From Euryarchaeota archaeon UBA229 (lineage in GTDB: Archaea > Thermoplasmatota > Poseidoniia > Poseidoniales > Poseidoniaceae), in assembly GCA_002505355.1 (NCBI GenBank), contig DAUW01000131.1, positions 1 to 44,644 of the forward strand: a stretch of DNA of 44,644 bases, written 5' to 3'. The notes beneath the pieces were generated by a model. It did not search any database and had not been told where the DNA came from. It saw only the letters and a program-made list of their open reading frames with translations. The translations under genes and the position numbers were made by a program. Positions 9,713 to 17,551 of this stretch are shown piece by piece; positions within the stretch are counted from its first letter, which is position 1; every line of letters begins with the position of its first letter.

Positions 9713-11251
9713 CTAATTAGCGTCATTATGGATATCTAGGACTTGATCATCATCATCAATCGATGATTTTGCCCCATCATTTCGACGTTCATGTAACTCT
9801 TGCAGATATTCTTCAGTGATATCGCCAGTAACGTAAACGCCATCAAAACAACTTGAATCAAACACAATATCTCCAGGTGCGACCATCAGCGTTGATTTTT
9901 CCAAATCCTCGAGTGATTGGTAAAACAACTTATCTGAATTTATGTGGGAGTTAATCTCGTCTATGGTCCTACCATTGGCGACAAATTCGGTCGTAGCTGG
10001 CATATCTATTCCATACACGTTTGGATGTCTAACCGGCGGTGCTGCCGATGCGAAGTAAACTTTTGCTGCACCAGATTCCCTAGCCATCTCAATGATTTGC
10101 TTGCTTGTCGTTCCCCGTACGATTGAATCATCAACAAGTAACACATTCTTACCCTTGAATTCATTTTCTATAGTGTTCAGCTTTCGCCGCACTGATTTTT
10201 CTCTCAGCGCCTGTCCGGGCATGATAAACGTTCTACCAACATATCGATTTTTGACAAAACCTTCGCGATATGGCACACCTAACGTATTTGCCATCTGCAG
10301 CGCCGCAATTCGGCCTGAGTCTGGGATTGGTATCACAGCATCTATATCGTGATCTGGCCATGACTCAAGAATCCTCTCGCCGAGAATTTTCCCTTGGTTA
10401 AGTCTCGCTTCATACACCGAAATACCATCTATAACTGAATCTGGACGAGCGAAGTAGACATACTCAAAAATGCACGGATTGCGGCTGGTTTCTTTTGCAC
10501 ACTGGCGAGAGAATAGGTGGCCAGATGAGGAGATAAATATCGCCTCCCCGGGTTCTAGGTCTCGCTCGATTTCGAAGCCAAGCGCGGTTATCGCTACTGA
10601 TTCGCTACCAACTATCCATTCTGTCCCGTCATCAGACTCGCGCTTACCAAATATTAGTGGTCTAATACCGTTAGGATCTCGAAAAGCCAGCAACCCATAG
10701 CCAGAAATCATTGATACACAGGCATATCCTCCTTTGACATAATCATTCAACGCGCTGATTGCTTGGAATACGGTTTCGATGTCAAGATGTGGTTCTCCAC
10801 CAATCGACAAGTCTGAAGAATATTTGGTCAATTCAACAGCAAGTATGTTCAGTAATAGCTCGGAGTCGCTTTTTGTGTTCATATGCCTGAAATGTTTGTC
10901 TCGCAATAGTTCTCGCAACTCTGCGGCATTGGTTAGGTTTCCATTGTGGGCAATCGACAAGCCATATGGTGAGTTCACATACAGGGGTTGCGATTCCGCT
11001 TTCGATGATGTCCCTGCGGTTGGGTATCTTACATGACCAATGCCGATGTGACCTTGAAGGCGTTGCATGTGACGTGAGTAGAATATATTCGGCACTAAAC
11101 CAGTTGACTTTCTTAATCTAAATTGGCCTTCAAACTCGGTCATTATACCAGCAGCATCTTGCCCTCTGTGCTGTAATACCGTTAACCCATCGTAAATCAG
11201 TTGATTAACATGATAACCCTGTTTACCAACTACTCCGATGATGCCACACAC
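9713..11251 (-). CDS. purF: Amidophosphoribosyltransferase
   Basis: GTG start at 11251 after a GGTGA RBS gives M-CGIIG (Ntn catalytic Cys). [27 protein letters not shown] and PRPP motif [10 protein letters not shown]. Confidence 0.96.
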   Translation of the reverse strand: MCGIIGVVGKQGYHVNQLIYDGLTVLQHRGQDAAGIMTEFEGQFRLRKSTGLVPNIFYSRHMQRLQGHIGIGHVRYPTAGTSSKAESQPLYVNSPYGLSIAHNGNLTNAAELRELLRDKHFRHMNTKSDSELLLNILAVELTKYSSDLSIGGEPHLDIETVFQAISALNDYVKGGYACVSMISGYGLLAFRDPNGIRPLIFGKRESDDGTEWIVGSESVAITALGFEIERDLEPGEAIFISSSGHLFSRQCAKETSRNPCIFEYVYFARPDSVIDGISVYEARLNQGKILGERILESWPDHDIDAVIPIPDSGRIAALQMANTLGVPYREGFVKNRYVGRTFIMPGQALREKSVRRKLNTIENEFKGKNVLLVDDSIVRGTTSKQIIEMARESGAAKVYFASAAPPVRHPNVYGIDMPATTEFVANGRTIDEINSHINSDKLFYQSLEDLEKSTLMVAPGDIVFDSSCFDGVYVTGDITEEYLQELHERRNDGAKSSIDDDDQVLDIHNDAN

Positions 11252-11270
11252 ATTATCACCACAGGTCAAT

Positions 11271-11290
11271 TAGCAAATGATTGTTTGCTA
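11271..11290. promoter_or_regulatory. 7-6-7 inverted repeat upstream of purF
   Basis: TAGCAAA-tgattg-TTTGCTA, between the rpl37e stop and the purF start. Confidence 0.3.
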
Positions 11291-11317
11291 TGTTTTGCCG
11301 AGGATTATTCATGAATT

Positions 11318-11497
11318 TCAGGCCTTTGGACGGTGAGATTTTTTCGACCAGCTATACTTTCGCATCTTTGCGGTAGCGCCATATCCACAGGCAGCACAAA
11401 CGCCTTTCTGCTTGTGGTAAGCATTCCTGCCGCATCGCCTACACCTAATGTGAGTAGTCTTTTGGCGTCGGCCCATGGATGGTGTACCCTTCGACAT
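11318..11497 (-). CDS. rpl37e: 50S ribosomal protein L37e (eL37); absent from the ORF track (59 aa)
   Basis: Manual translation: [67 protein letters not shown] upstream. Confidence 0.96.
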   Translation of the reverse strand: MSKGTPSMGRRQKTTHIRCRRCGRNAYHKQKGVCAACGYGATAKMRKYSWSKKSHRPKA

Positions 11498-11558
11498 ATG
11501 CTTACCTCAGTGTCTTGGCCACCTACCAATCCTTTATGAAATAAACGGAGGTGTTTGT

Positions 11559-12041
11559 CTATTCCTCTTCAAGGGCAATTAACGTTTTTTGGATTTTTGA
11601 CGGCGAGTGAGTTATTGTCGAAAACAAAACCCCAAGGGTGATGATTACTGAAAAACCAAGGGCGATAATCGAGACGATTGTGTGCGAGATATTGTATACT
11701 AACTGTGCTCTAATAGAACCGTTTCCTTCTAGTAACATTGGCCCTTGGTTAATGAAGAAAATTGTTGCTAGGACACCGACAAATACCGCCACTGTCATGC
11801 CGAAAATTGGTGCTAATGGCCGTTTTCTCGACTCGCCATAAAAAAACATGTTGCCGAGCAAAAAGGTTGAGCAAAGAATGAATGCTGTAAGTGCTGAGTT
11901 AGCTATTCTTGGGTTTATGTCCTCTGTGCCAAAATTTGGTATTTTCCCATTCATGGTAAAATCAATAGCAATTATTGAGATTATTGGAAAGAGCAATCCA
12001 ATGACAACCACTTTGCTTGATGGCTTGTTGTCACTAGTCAT
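11559..12041 (-). CDS. Hypothetical membrane protein (~4 TM)
   Basis: Four hydrophobic segments. ATGA overlap with the upstream gene and a GGAGGTGA RBS. Confidence 0.7.
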   Translation of the reverse strand: MTSDNKPSSKVVVIGLLFPIISIIAIDFTMNGKIPNFGTEDINPRIANSALTAFILCSTFLLGNMFFYGESRKRPLAPIFGMTVAVFVGVLATIFFINQGPMLLEGNGSIRAQLVYNISHTIVSIIALGFSVIITLGVLFSTITHSPSKIQKTLIALEEE

Positions 12042-12832
12042 CGCTTGTCACCTCCAATATTATCTTCGATAACCTGAGCAACCCGCAACAGTTCGTCGCT
12101 TTTAGGTGGGTCGATAGATCGTGGCTTTGGAAGACTTTTTTCATAAACGAATATCACTGAAGCGAATGAGATAATAGACAATACCGAGCCTATCACGATA
12201 CCGATTATATCAGCAATCGACAACCAGACATATTCCCTAAATTCAAGCGCAGTAAGATTATCTGAATCAATATTCATGGCACAAATCAAGAAAATGAAGG
12301 AGACTCCCGACATAGCAAACAAATACCTTGATTCATTGGTTCGTGAATCGCCAAAAGTAAGCATTGCTAGGCCACCTGCTAGGGCAAGCGAACTCAATGA
12401 AATAAGAAAATTTGGCAGGAAAATTAGCCAGTAACGATTGACTTCTCCTGAACTCATTATTGGGGTAATCGTCCACCAATGCATCAATGACAACCAAATA
12501 ATCCCTGAGGAAAATAATACTATTCCAACATTTTTCTCGCTTGAGTTGAGCCTGCCTACTGGGACATTTCCCGAGTAGGCAATCTTAAACAAGCCAAAGA
12601 TTACCAAAATCGTTGGACCTGCAATAAATCCGAGTAAATGACCAATTGCGCTGGAGGGAGATTGAGGTACTGTCCATGGGCTTAACAGCACCAAAACTAT
12701 GCCAACGAACCCAATAAGATAGCCTAACTTAGACGTCGCAGTCTTGGATTTAATTTGTGAAATCCAAACCCCAAACGGGATGAATGCCAGCGGTAGCCAA
12801 AATAATATGGCTGCCTCAATTAATTCATCCAT
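12038..12832 (-). CDS. Hypothetical membrane protein (~7 TM)
   Basis: About seven hydrophobic segments in 264 aa; no recognisable family motif. Confidence 0.7.
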   Translation of the reverse strand: MDELIEAAILFWLPLAFIPFGVWISQIKSKTATSKLGYLIGFVGIVLVLLSPWTVPQSPSSAIGHLLGFIAGPTILVIFGLFKIAYSGNVPVGRLNSSEKNVGIVLFSSGIIWLSLMHWWTITPIMSSGEVNRYWLIFLPNFLISLSSLALAGGLAMLTFGDSRTNESRYLFAMSGVSFIFLICAMNIDSDNLTALEFREYVWLSIADIIGIVIGSVLSIISFASVIFVYEKSLPKPRSIDPPKSDELLRVAQVIEDNIGGDKR

Positions 12833-12963
12833 GACCTTTGGAGGAGCAACGGATTAATTATCTCATCCCTAAATTCATGGTTCAGTAGCCTTTTTTAATT
12901 GTCTAATTCATACGGAGTTTCTAAATACCCGACCTTAGTGGCTCGAATGCTTAAGGTGATACC

Positions 12964-13248
12964 ATGGTGAAGATGCCACGTCAAATTAAACGCTACAGCC
13001 CATCAGCGGGTAAGCACACCATGCACACTGTTGAGCGCGTCAAGAAAAAGCGTGCGTCTGAACTCAAATGGGGTCAGCGACGATTCCGAAAAGTTATGGC
13101 TGGTTACCGTGGTTTCCCTAGGCCAAAGCCAGACGGTAGAGAAAAACCCACAAAACGCGTTAACATTCTATTTAGGTGCACTGAAACCGGCAAGGCTCAT
13201 TATGCACCGTGTCAAAGAGCCAAAAAATTCGAACTAGTGGATAAATGA
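12964..13248 (+). CDS. rpl44e: 50S ribosomal protein L44e (eL42)
   Basis: KHT.H.VE, LKWGQRRF, GY.GFPRP and KPTKRV. First gene of the conserved L44e-S27e-aIF2alpha-Nop10 cluster. AAGGTGA RBS. Confidence 0.95.
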   Translation: MVKMPRQIKRYSPSAGKHTMHTVERVKKKRASELKWGQRRFRKVMAGYRGFPRPKPDGREKPTKRVNILFRCTETGKAHYAPCQRAKKFELVDK

Positions 13249-13257
13249 GGTGAGTAA

Positions 13258-13428
13258 ATGTCTGGAAGTTTTATCAAAGTAACATGCAAAGATTGCGGAT
13301 CTGAATCCGTTATTTTTTCTCGAGCAACAACTGTGATCTCATGCTCTGTTTGTGGAGCTACACTCACTGCCCCATCCGGCGGAAAAGCCAAATTAGTCGG
13401 CTGCACAATGCTAGAAGCAATGGAATGA
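13258..13428 (+). CDS. rps27e: 30S ribosomal protein S27e (eS27); absent from the ORF track (56 aa)
   Basis: Manual translation: MSGSFIKVTCKDCGSESVIFSRATTVISCSVCGATLTAPSGGKAKLVGCTMLEAME. GAGGTGA RBS and the expected synteny. Confidence 0.96.
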   Translation: MSGSFIKVTCKDCGSESVIFSRATTVISCSVCGATLTAPSGGKAKLVGCTMLEAME

Positions 13429-13443
13429 GGAGGCTGAGCCTCC

Positions 13444-14229
13444 ATGAGCGACACAGTTAGCACCCCGGAAGAAGGGGAACTTGTTGTTGTGACAGTAAAG
13501 AATGTCAAACAAAACGGTGTTTACGTCGACTTTGACGAATACCCCGGGCTTGAAGGTTTCATTTTCATCGGTGAAATTGCCAGTGGATGGGTTAAGAATA
13601 TCCGTACCTTTGTCCGAGACGGACAACGATTAATCTGCAAAGTAATGCGAACCAAAAAAGATGGTTCGTCACTGGAATTGTCCTTGAAATCTGTTTCTGA
13701 GGAGCGTCGGAGAGACAGACTGCAAGAGTGGAAAAATGAACAACGATCATTGCAACTTCTGAAGGTATGCGGAGAAAAGGTTGGCTGGTCCGAAGCAGAG
13801 CGAGATTCCATTGGTGAAGAATTAGCGGCCACCTTCGGTACTCTATATGCCGGATTCGAGGAAGCAGCAATGAATGAATCTTCTATCATTGATGCGGGGT
13901 TTGAGGGGGACTGGATAACCGAATTCACTGAGATTGCCATCGAGAATATCATTCCTCCCTTCGTTGAGATTAAAGGCAGTTTAAATCTGTCAATAAATAT
14001 TGACGATGGAGTAAGCGTAATTCGGGATGCTTTGATTTCAGCCGAACAATACACCTCAGAAAAGGATGAGATTTCCGTAATGTGTTTTTATGATGGCGCA
14101 CCAGAATATCGAATTGTCTTGAAAGCGCCTGACTTCAAAACCGCTGAGGATTTGTGGGGCGAAGTTACTGCATCAATCACAAATGCCATGGAAGAAAATG
14201 GCGGTCAAGCAACGACTTACCGTGATTAG
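13444..14229 (+). CDS. eif2a: Translation initiation factor 2 alpha subunit (aIF2alpha)
   Basis: S1 domain PEEGELVV..., EIASGWVKNIR, LSLK, and C-terminal GAPEYRI-APDFKTAE. Confidence 0.95.
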   Translation: MSDTVSTPEEGELVVVTVKNVKQNGVYVDFDEYPGLEGFIFIGEIASGWVKNIRTFVRDGQRLICKVMRTKKDGSSLELSLKSVSEERRRDRLQEWKNEQRSLQLLKVCGEKVGWSEAERDSIGEELAATFGTLYAGFEEAAMNESSIIDAGFEGDWITEFTEIAIENIIPPFVEIKGSLNLSINIDDGVSVIRDALISAEQYTSEKDEISVMCFYDGAPEYRIVLKAPDFKTAEDLWGEVTASITNAMEENGGQATTYRD

Positions 14230-14268
14230 TACCGTCTTTATCATAAACGATAACTACCACGGCAGTAC

Positions 14269-14505
14269 ATGGCAAGGCAGTTATTACAACATTGCAGTAC
14301 ATGCAATTCATGGACTCTTGTACGAGACTGCCCTCACTGTGATGAGATAGCTAATGCTGCTGCGCCAATAAAGTGGTCTCCCGAGGACCAAAGGGCCAAC
14401 ATCCGTAGAAAGATGTATGATGTGGAATCACAGGCATGGCTTGAATCACTACCAGAACTAGACAAGATTACAAAGTTAAGGGAGAATTCTCTAGAAGAGG
14501 AATAA
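14269..14505 (+). CDS. nop10: H/ACA RNP protein Nop10
   Basis: CxxC-WTL-CPxC zinc ribbon and P.KWSPED motif. Follows aIF2alpha. Confidence 0.85.
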   Translation: MARQLLQHCSTCNSWTLVRDCPHCDEIANAAAPIKWSPEDQRANIRRKMYDVESQAWLESLPELDKITKLRENSLEEE

Positions 14506-14507
14506 TG

Positions 14508-14532
14508 GATTTGGTAATTTTGTTACCAAATC
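14508..14532. repeat. Perfect 10-bp inverted repeat (hairpin or operator)
   Basis: GATTTGGTAA-ttttg-TTACCAAATC, starting 2 bases after the nop10 stop. Confidence 0.7.
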
Positions 14533-14592
14533 GATGATTATCATACTTGGAAATGTCAAACATTATACTGCTAGTTGAATGATTCATCCAGT

Positions 14593-15348
14593 ATGAGTCT
14601 GCTGGTTGAGTGGCGCAACGGCAATAATACCATGCTGGGTGCTAAAATCTGTATGTTCTCTCTGCCCGGTGTTGGCAACATTGGAAAAGCCGCGATAGAT
14701 GCATTGAATTCTACTAATGAGGCTATTGAGATTGCTAGGCTACACCATACCGCCCTACCTCCGCTGGCGACACTTGATGATGACGGTTTACTCTCTCCGC
14801 CCCATCTATCGGTAAGAACAATCAAACTGGCGAATGGTGAGTATATACTTACTATAACTGGTTCGTCGCAGCCATTGGAGCCTAACAATCAAGGAATAAT
14901 GGCGCGGGAAATACTTGAATTACTTAGACATCACGAAGTTGGTGAGCTAATTGTGTTAGCAGGCATGGTCGATGAGGCGGCCAGAAAGGAAATATTCATT
15001 GTTCCAAGTAGCAGTTCGTACCGAGTTGATTTGGAGTCTAAAGGCGCCAATGTACGACGAGATGAGCCTAGTTCAGGCGCGATTGGCATGGCAGCATTGC
15101 TTTCTTCACTCGGTCCGGTATATGGTATAAATTCTGCTTGTGCAATCGCTACCACTGTCGGCGCAAGTGGTGATATTACAGCATCACAAAAATTGCTATT
15201 ATCTCTTGATGATTGGTTTGATTTCAACCTAGTTATACCAGAGGATGCTAATCAAAAATTGGTTGAAAGGCTGAAAATGATCGCCCCTCACAAGTCTGAC
15301 GATTTGGTATCTGAACTTACGCAAAATCATGACGCATTCTACATGTAA
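14593..15348 (+). CDS. PAC2 family proteasome assembly chaperone-like protein
   Basis: LPGVGNIGKAA, LPP, and G.IGMAALL motifs. Canonical position downstream of nop10. Confidence 0.85.
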   Translation: MSLLVEWRNGNNTMLGAKICMFSLPGVGNIGKAAIDALNSTNEAIEIARLHHTALPPLATLDDDGLLSPPHLSVRTIKLANGEYILTITGSSQPLEPNNQGIMAREILELLRHHEVGELIVLAGMVDEAARKEIFIVPSSSSYRVDLESKGANVRRDEPSSGAIGMAALLSSLGPVYGINSACAIATTVGASGDITASQKLLLSLDDWFDFNLVIPEDANQKLVERLKMIAPHKSDDLVSELTQNHDAFYM

Positions 15349-15349
15349 G

Positions 15350-15431
15350 CGCCGAGAGAGGGATTTGAACCCCCGTGTCTTACGACAGTGGATTTCGAAT
15401 CCACCGCAATACCGGGCTATGCGATCTCGGC
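15350..15431 (-). tRNA. tRNA-Ser(CGA), intron-less, CCA not encoded
   Basis: Acceptor stem GCCGAGA/TCTCGGC with discriminator G, anticodon arm GTGGA-TTCGAAA-TCCAC, long variable arm TGTC-GTAA-GACA and T loop TTCAAAT. Confidence 0.96.
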
Positions 15432-15483
15432 CTGTCTCAGCCTTTAGCGCCATAGTGATAAGCATGATGCTGTAGGGTAGATT

Positions 15484-15684
15484 ATGCTGATTCGGTTTCA
15501 CGGGCGCGATTATGATATTAGTCATAACTTCGAGAATAAGGTAAAACTTCGCGACGCCCTGGTTGAATGTCAAATATTACCGTCAACTGTAGTGGTTAGC
15601 TATCAGGACCAAATCCTGCCGCTATCAACGGTGATTAGCAACGACATTGAATTGTTAGTCACCACTGTTTCATCTGGCGGCTGA
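15484..15684 (+). CDS. ThiS/MoaD-family ubiquitin-like protein (SAMP-like)
   Basis: 66-aa beta-grasp pattern ending DIELLVTTVSSGG (C-terminal di-glycine). Confidence 0.8.
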   Translation: MLIRFHGRDYDISHNFENKVKLRDALVECQILPSTVVVSYQDQILPLSTVISNDIELLVTTVSSGG

Positions 15685-17544
15685 TTAGCCGATTATGTCC
15701 ATTCTAGTATTTCTGCCCACCTGTCCGCGTAATTGATTTGCCCACGCATCCAATTCAAGATTTGACAATAGCACGTAGTCACCTTCTTGAGCCATGTCGA
15801 ATTGATGGCCCCAATCGTTAGCCCAACCAGAAATCTTGATTGATTGTTCGCGATCATAAATCACCAGTCCCTTACGACGCCACTCACGGCCATTTCTACC
15901 GATACCCGATCGCTCGAATTTGTAGGCAAGTTTACCGATGATATCCCACCTTGCTCTAAAATCAAGTAAGGTGTCAGGGTAATTATCCTTATTTCCTGCT
16001 GCCAATATCCTACTCAAAGGATCGATTTTTATGGTTAACTCTCCTTTATAATTTGCAGTTATAATTGCATTATCAAAGTAAATTAAATCATTTTTTGCTA
16101 AACCCAATGGGTACGTCAGTCCACCGTTTTGGTATCCCTCAACCTTTATTTCTACGGATGCCCGATATCCATCCTGAATTATTTTTATTTCCGGGGCTTT
16201 TTCGCTGGTATAATTAATTGATTCTATGGTTGCTGCTAGGTTAAACCGCACATTCAATTGGGCGAACGGTACAGCTGAGATTGGTGATATCAAGCCTGGC
16301 AGGTGGTGCTCTAATTTTGGTTCATAGTACGCTAATCCTTCACCACCTTCGCATATTGAGGACCATTCACAGGTATCACAGCGGTTTTGACTTTTTGGTG
16401 CAGCTTTTGCAACCCCCCCCTCACCAAAACCTCTAACCTTTGAAGGCAATGCAGGAAACATTTCTATAGAGAGTTTTTGATTTTTCAATTGGGACCAAAG
16501 TTGCTTAATTTCCGTTTCCATATTTGACATCTCTTTTACTGACGGAGCATTGATTGACTTGATGACATTAGCACCTAAGTACCATATTTCTAGATCTGTT
16601 ACGAATTCCGCTTTGCCATGGGTTACCCACCACAGCATAGCATACATCTTCAGTTGTTCGACATAATCTCCTGAGCGATCACCTACTCCCTTGCTTGCTT
16701 TTATGTCGACAATCTTAATTTTCCCATCCCAACGATAAACTAAGTCATATTCTCCCTGAAACCAATACTCTGGATGAATTGCATTCATACTAAACTGACC
16801 CGACTCCGGCTCGACAAACCAAGGTCGAGCGATTTCCCACGCTTCACACAGGGTTATGTCACCCTCACTTGCCAGTGGATGATTGCCATTAAATTCGTAG
16901 CCATAGCCATCAGGTGCTGGCCAATACTCGCGCTGGCCAGAACGCCAATTATCTAAAACAGACTCATCTATTGTTCTGAAGCATCGGTCCACCTCCGACA
17001 AATGGAATGAGATGGCATTGCAACACATCTCTAAGCAATAATCAAAACTGACATCTGACCAGTCGCCCGACTTTCTTTCTTGCCTTTCCCAATCTTTACG
17101 GACATAATCTAACGAAGCCTCAAGATGAATTCGCAGCCTTGATTTAGCCCAATCCTCGAGTTCATCAATTGTGTTTGGCAAATGGCTATCGCTGCGCGGA
17201 ATTATTCTATTTGCAGGCCAAACGTCCTCTGGTTTTCTCGAAGGTCTGCCATCGTCTGAGATTGGTATGTTAGATAGTATGGTCCCCGATGCTGATGACA
17301 AGAGTAGTTTTGGTGACTCCTTAAGGGTTCTACATATCGCCTCCTCTACCGCTCTGCCAACATACAAAACCGGGATTTGTTTAATTTTTAATTTGAGGGC
17401 TTTTTCATAAAACCATAGCCTACTACATGAATTGTACGAATTTACTTGACTTGCAGATAACCGATTGTATGGACCTACAGTATCATGTTCGGTAGCTACA
17501 TCAGTAACCGGCATGGGGTAATGTTGATGCTTTACCCATTTCAA
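15685..17544 (-). CDS. PD-(D/E)XK (Cas4/AddB-like) nuclease with C-terminal OB folds, paralog A
   Basis: LSAS...C N-terminal motif, GEYD...VDIK, QLKMYA and CDTC.....C, followed by an OB-like C-terminus (GREWRRKGLVIYD...ISGW). Confidence 0.8.
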   Translation of the reverse strand: MKWVKHQHYPMPVTDVATEHDTVGPYNRLSASQVNSYNSCSRLWFYEKALKLKIKQIPVLYVGRAVEEAICRTLKESPKLLLSSASGTILSNIPISDDGRPSRKPEDVWPANRIIPRSDSHLPNTIDELEDWAKSRLRIHLEASLDYVRKDWERQERKSGDWSDVSFDYCLEMCCNAISFHLSEVDRCFRTIDESVLDNWRSGQREYWPAPDGYGYEFNGNHPLASEGDITLCEAWEIARPWFVEPESGQFSMNAIHPEYWFQGEYDLVYRWDGKIKIVDIKASKGVGDRSGDYVEQLKMYAMLWWVTHGKAEFVTDLEIWYLGANVIKSINAPSVKEMSNMETEIKQLWSQLKNQKLSIEMFPALPSKVRGFGEGGVAKAAPKSQNRCDTCEWSSICEGGEGLAYYEPKLEHHLPGLISPISAVPFAQLNVRFNLAATIESINYTSEKAPEIKIIQDGYRASVEIKVEGYQNGGLTYPLGLAKNDLIYFDNAIITANYKGELTIKIDPLSRILAAGNKDNYPDTLLDFRARWDIIGKLAYKFERSGIGRNGREWRRKGLVIYDREQSIKISGWANDWGHQFDMAQEGDYVLLSNLELDAWANQLRGQVGRNTRMDIIG

Positions 17545-17551
17545 TTCTACC

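Noticed and set aside
11305-11539. Track ORFs 11305..11529 (-) and 11333..11539 (+)
   Set aside because: These are shadow frames over the real rpl37e gene at 11318..11497.
12038-12832. Rhodopsin (7 TM, contains RY)
   Set aside because: There is no DxxxK retinal-binding lysine in helix 7 (ADIIG), and the RY motifs are not in helix 3.
13212-13626. Minus-strand track ORFs over the ribosomal cluster
   Set aside because: They are antisense to rps27e and aIF2alpha.
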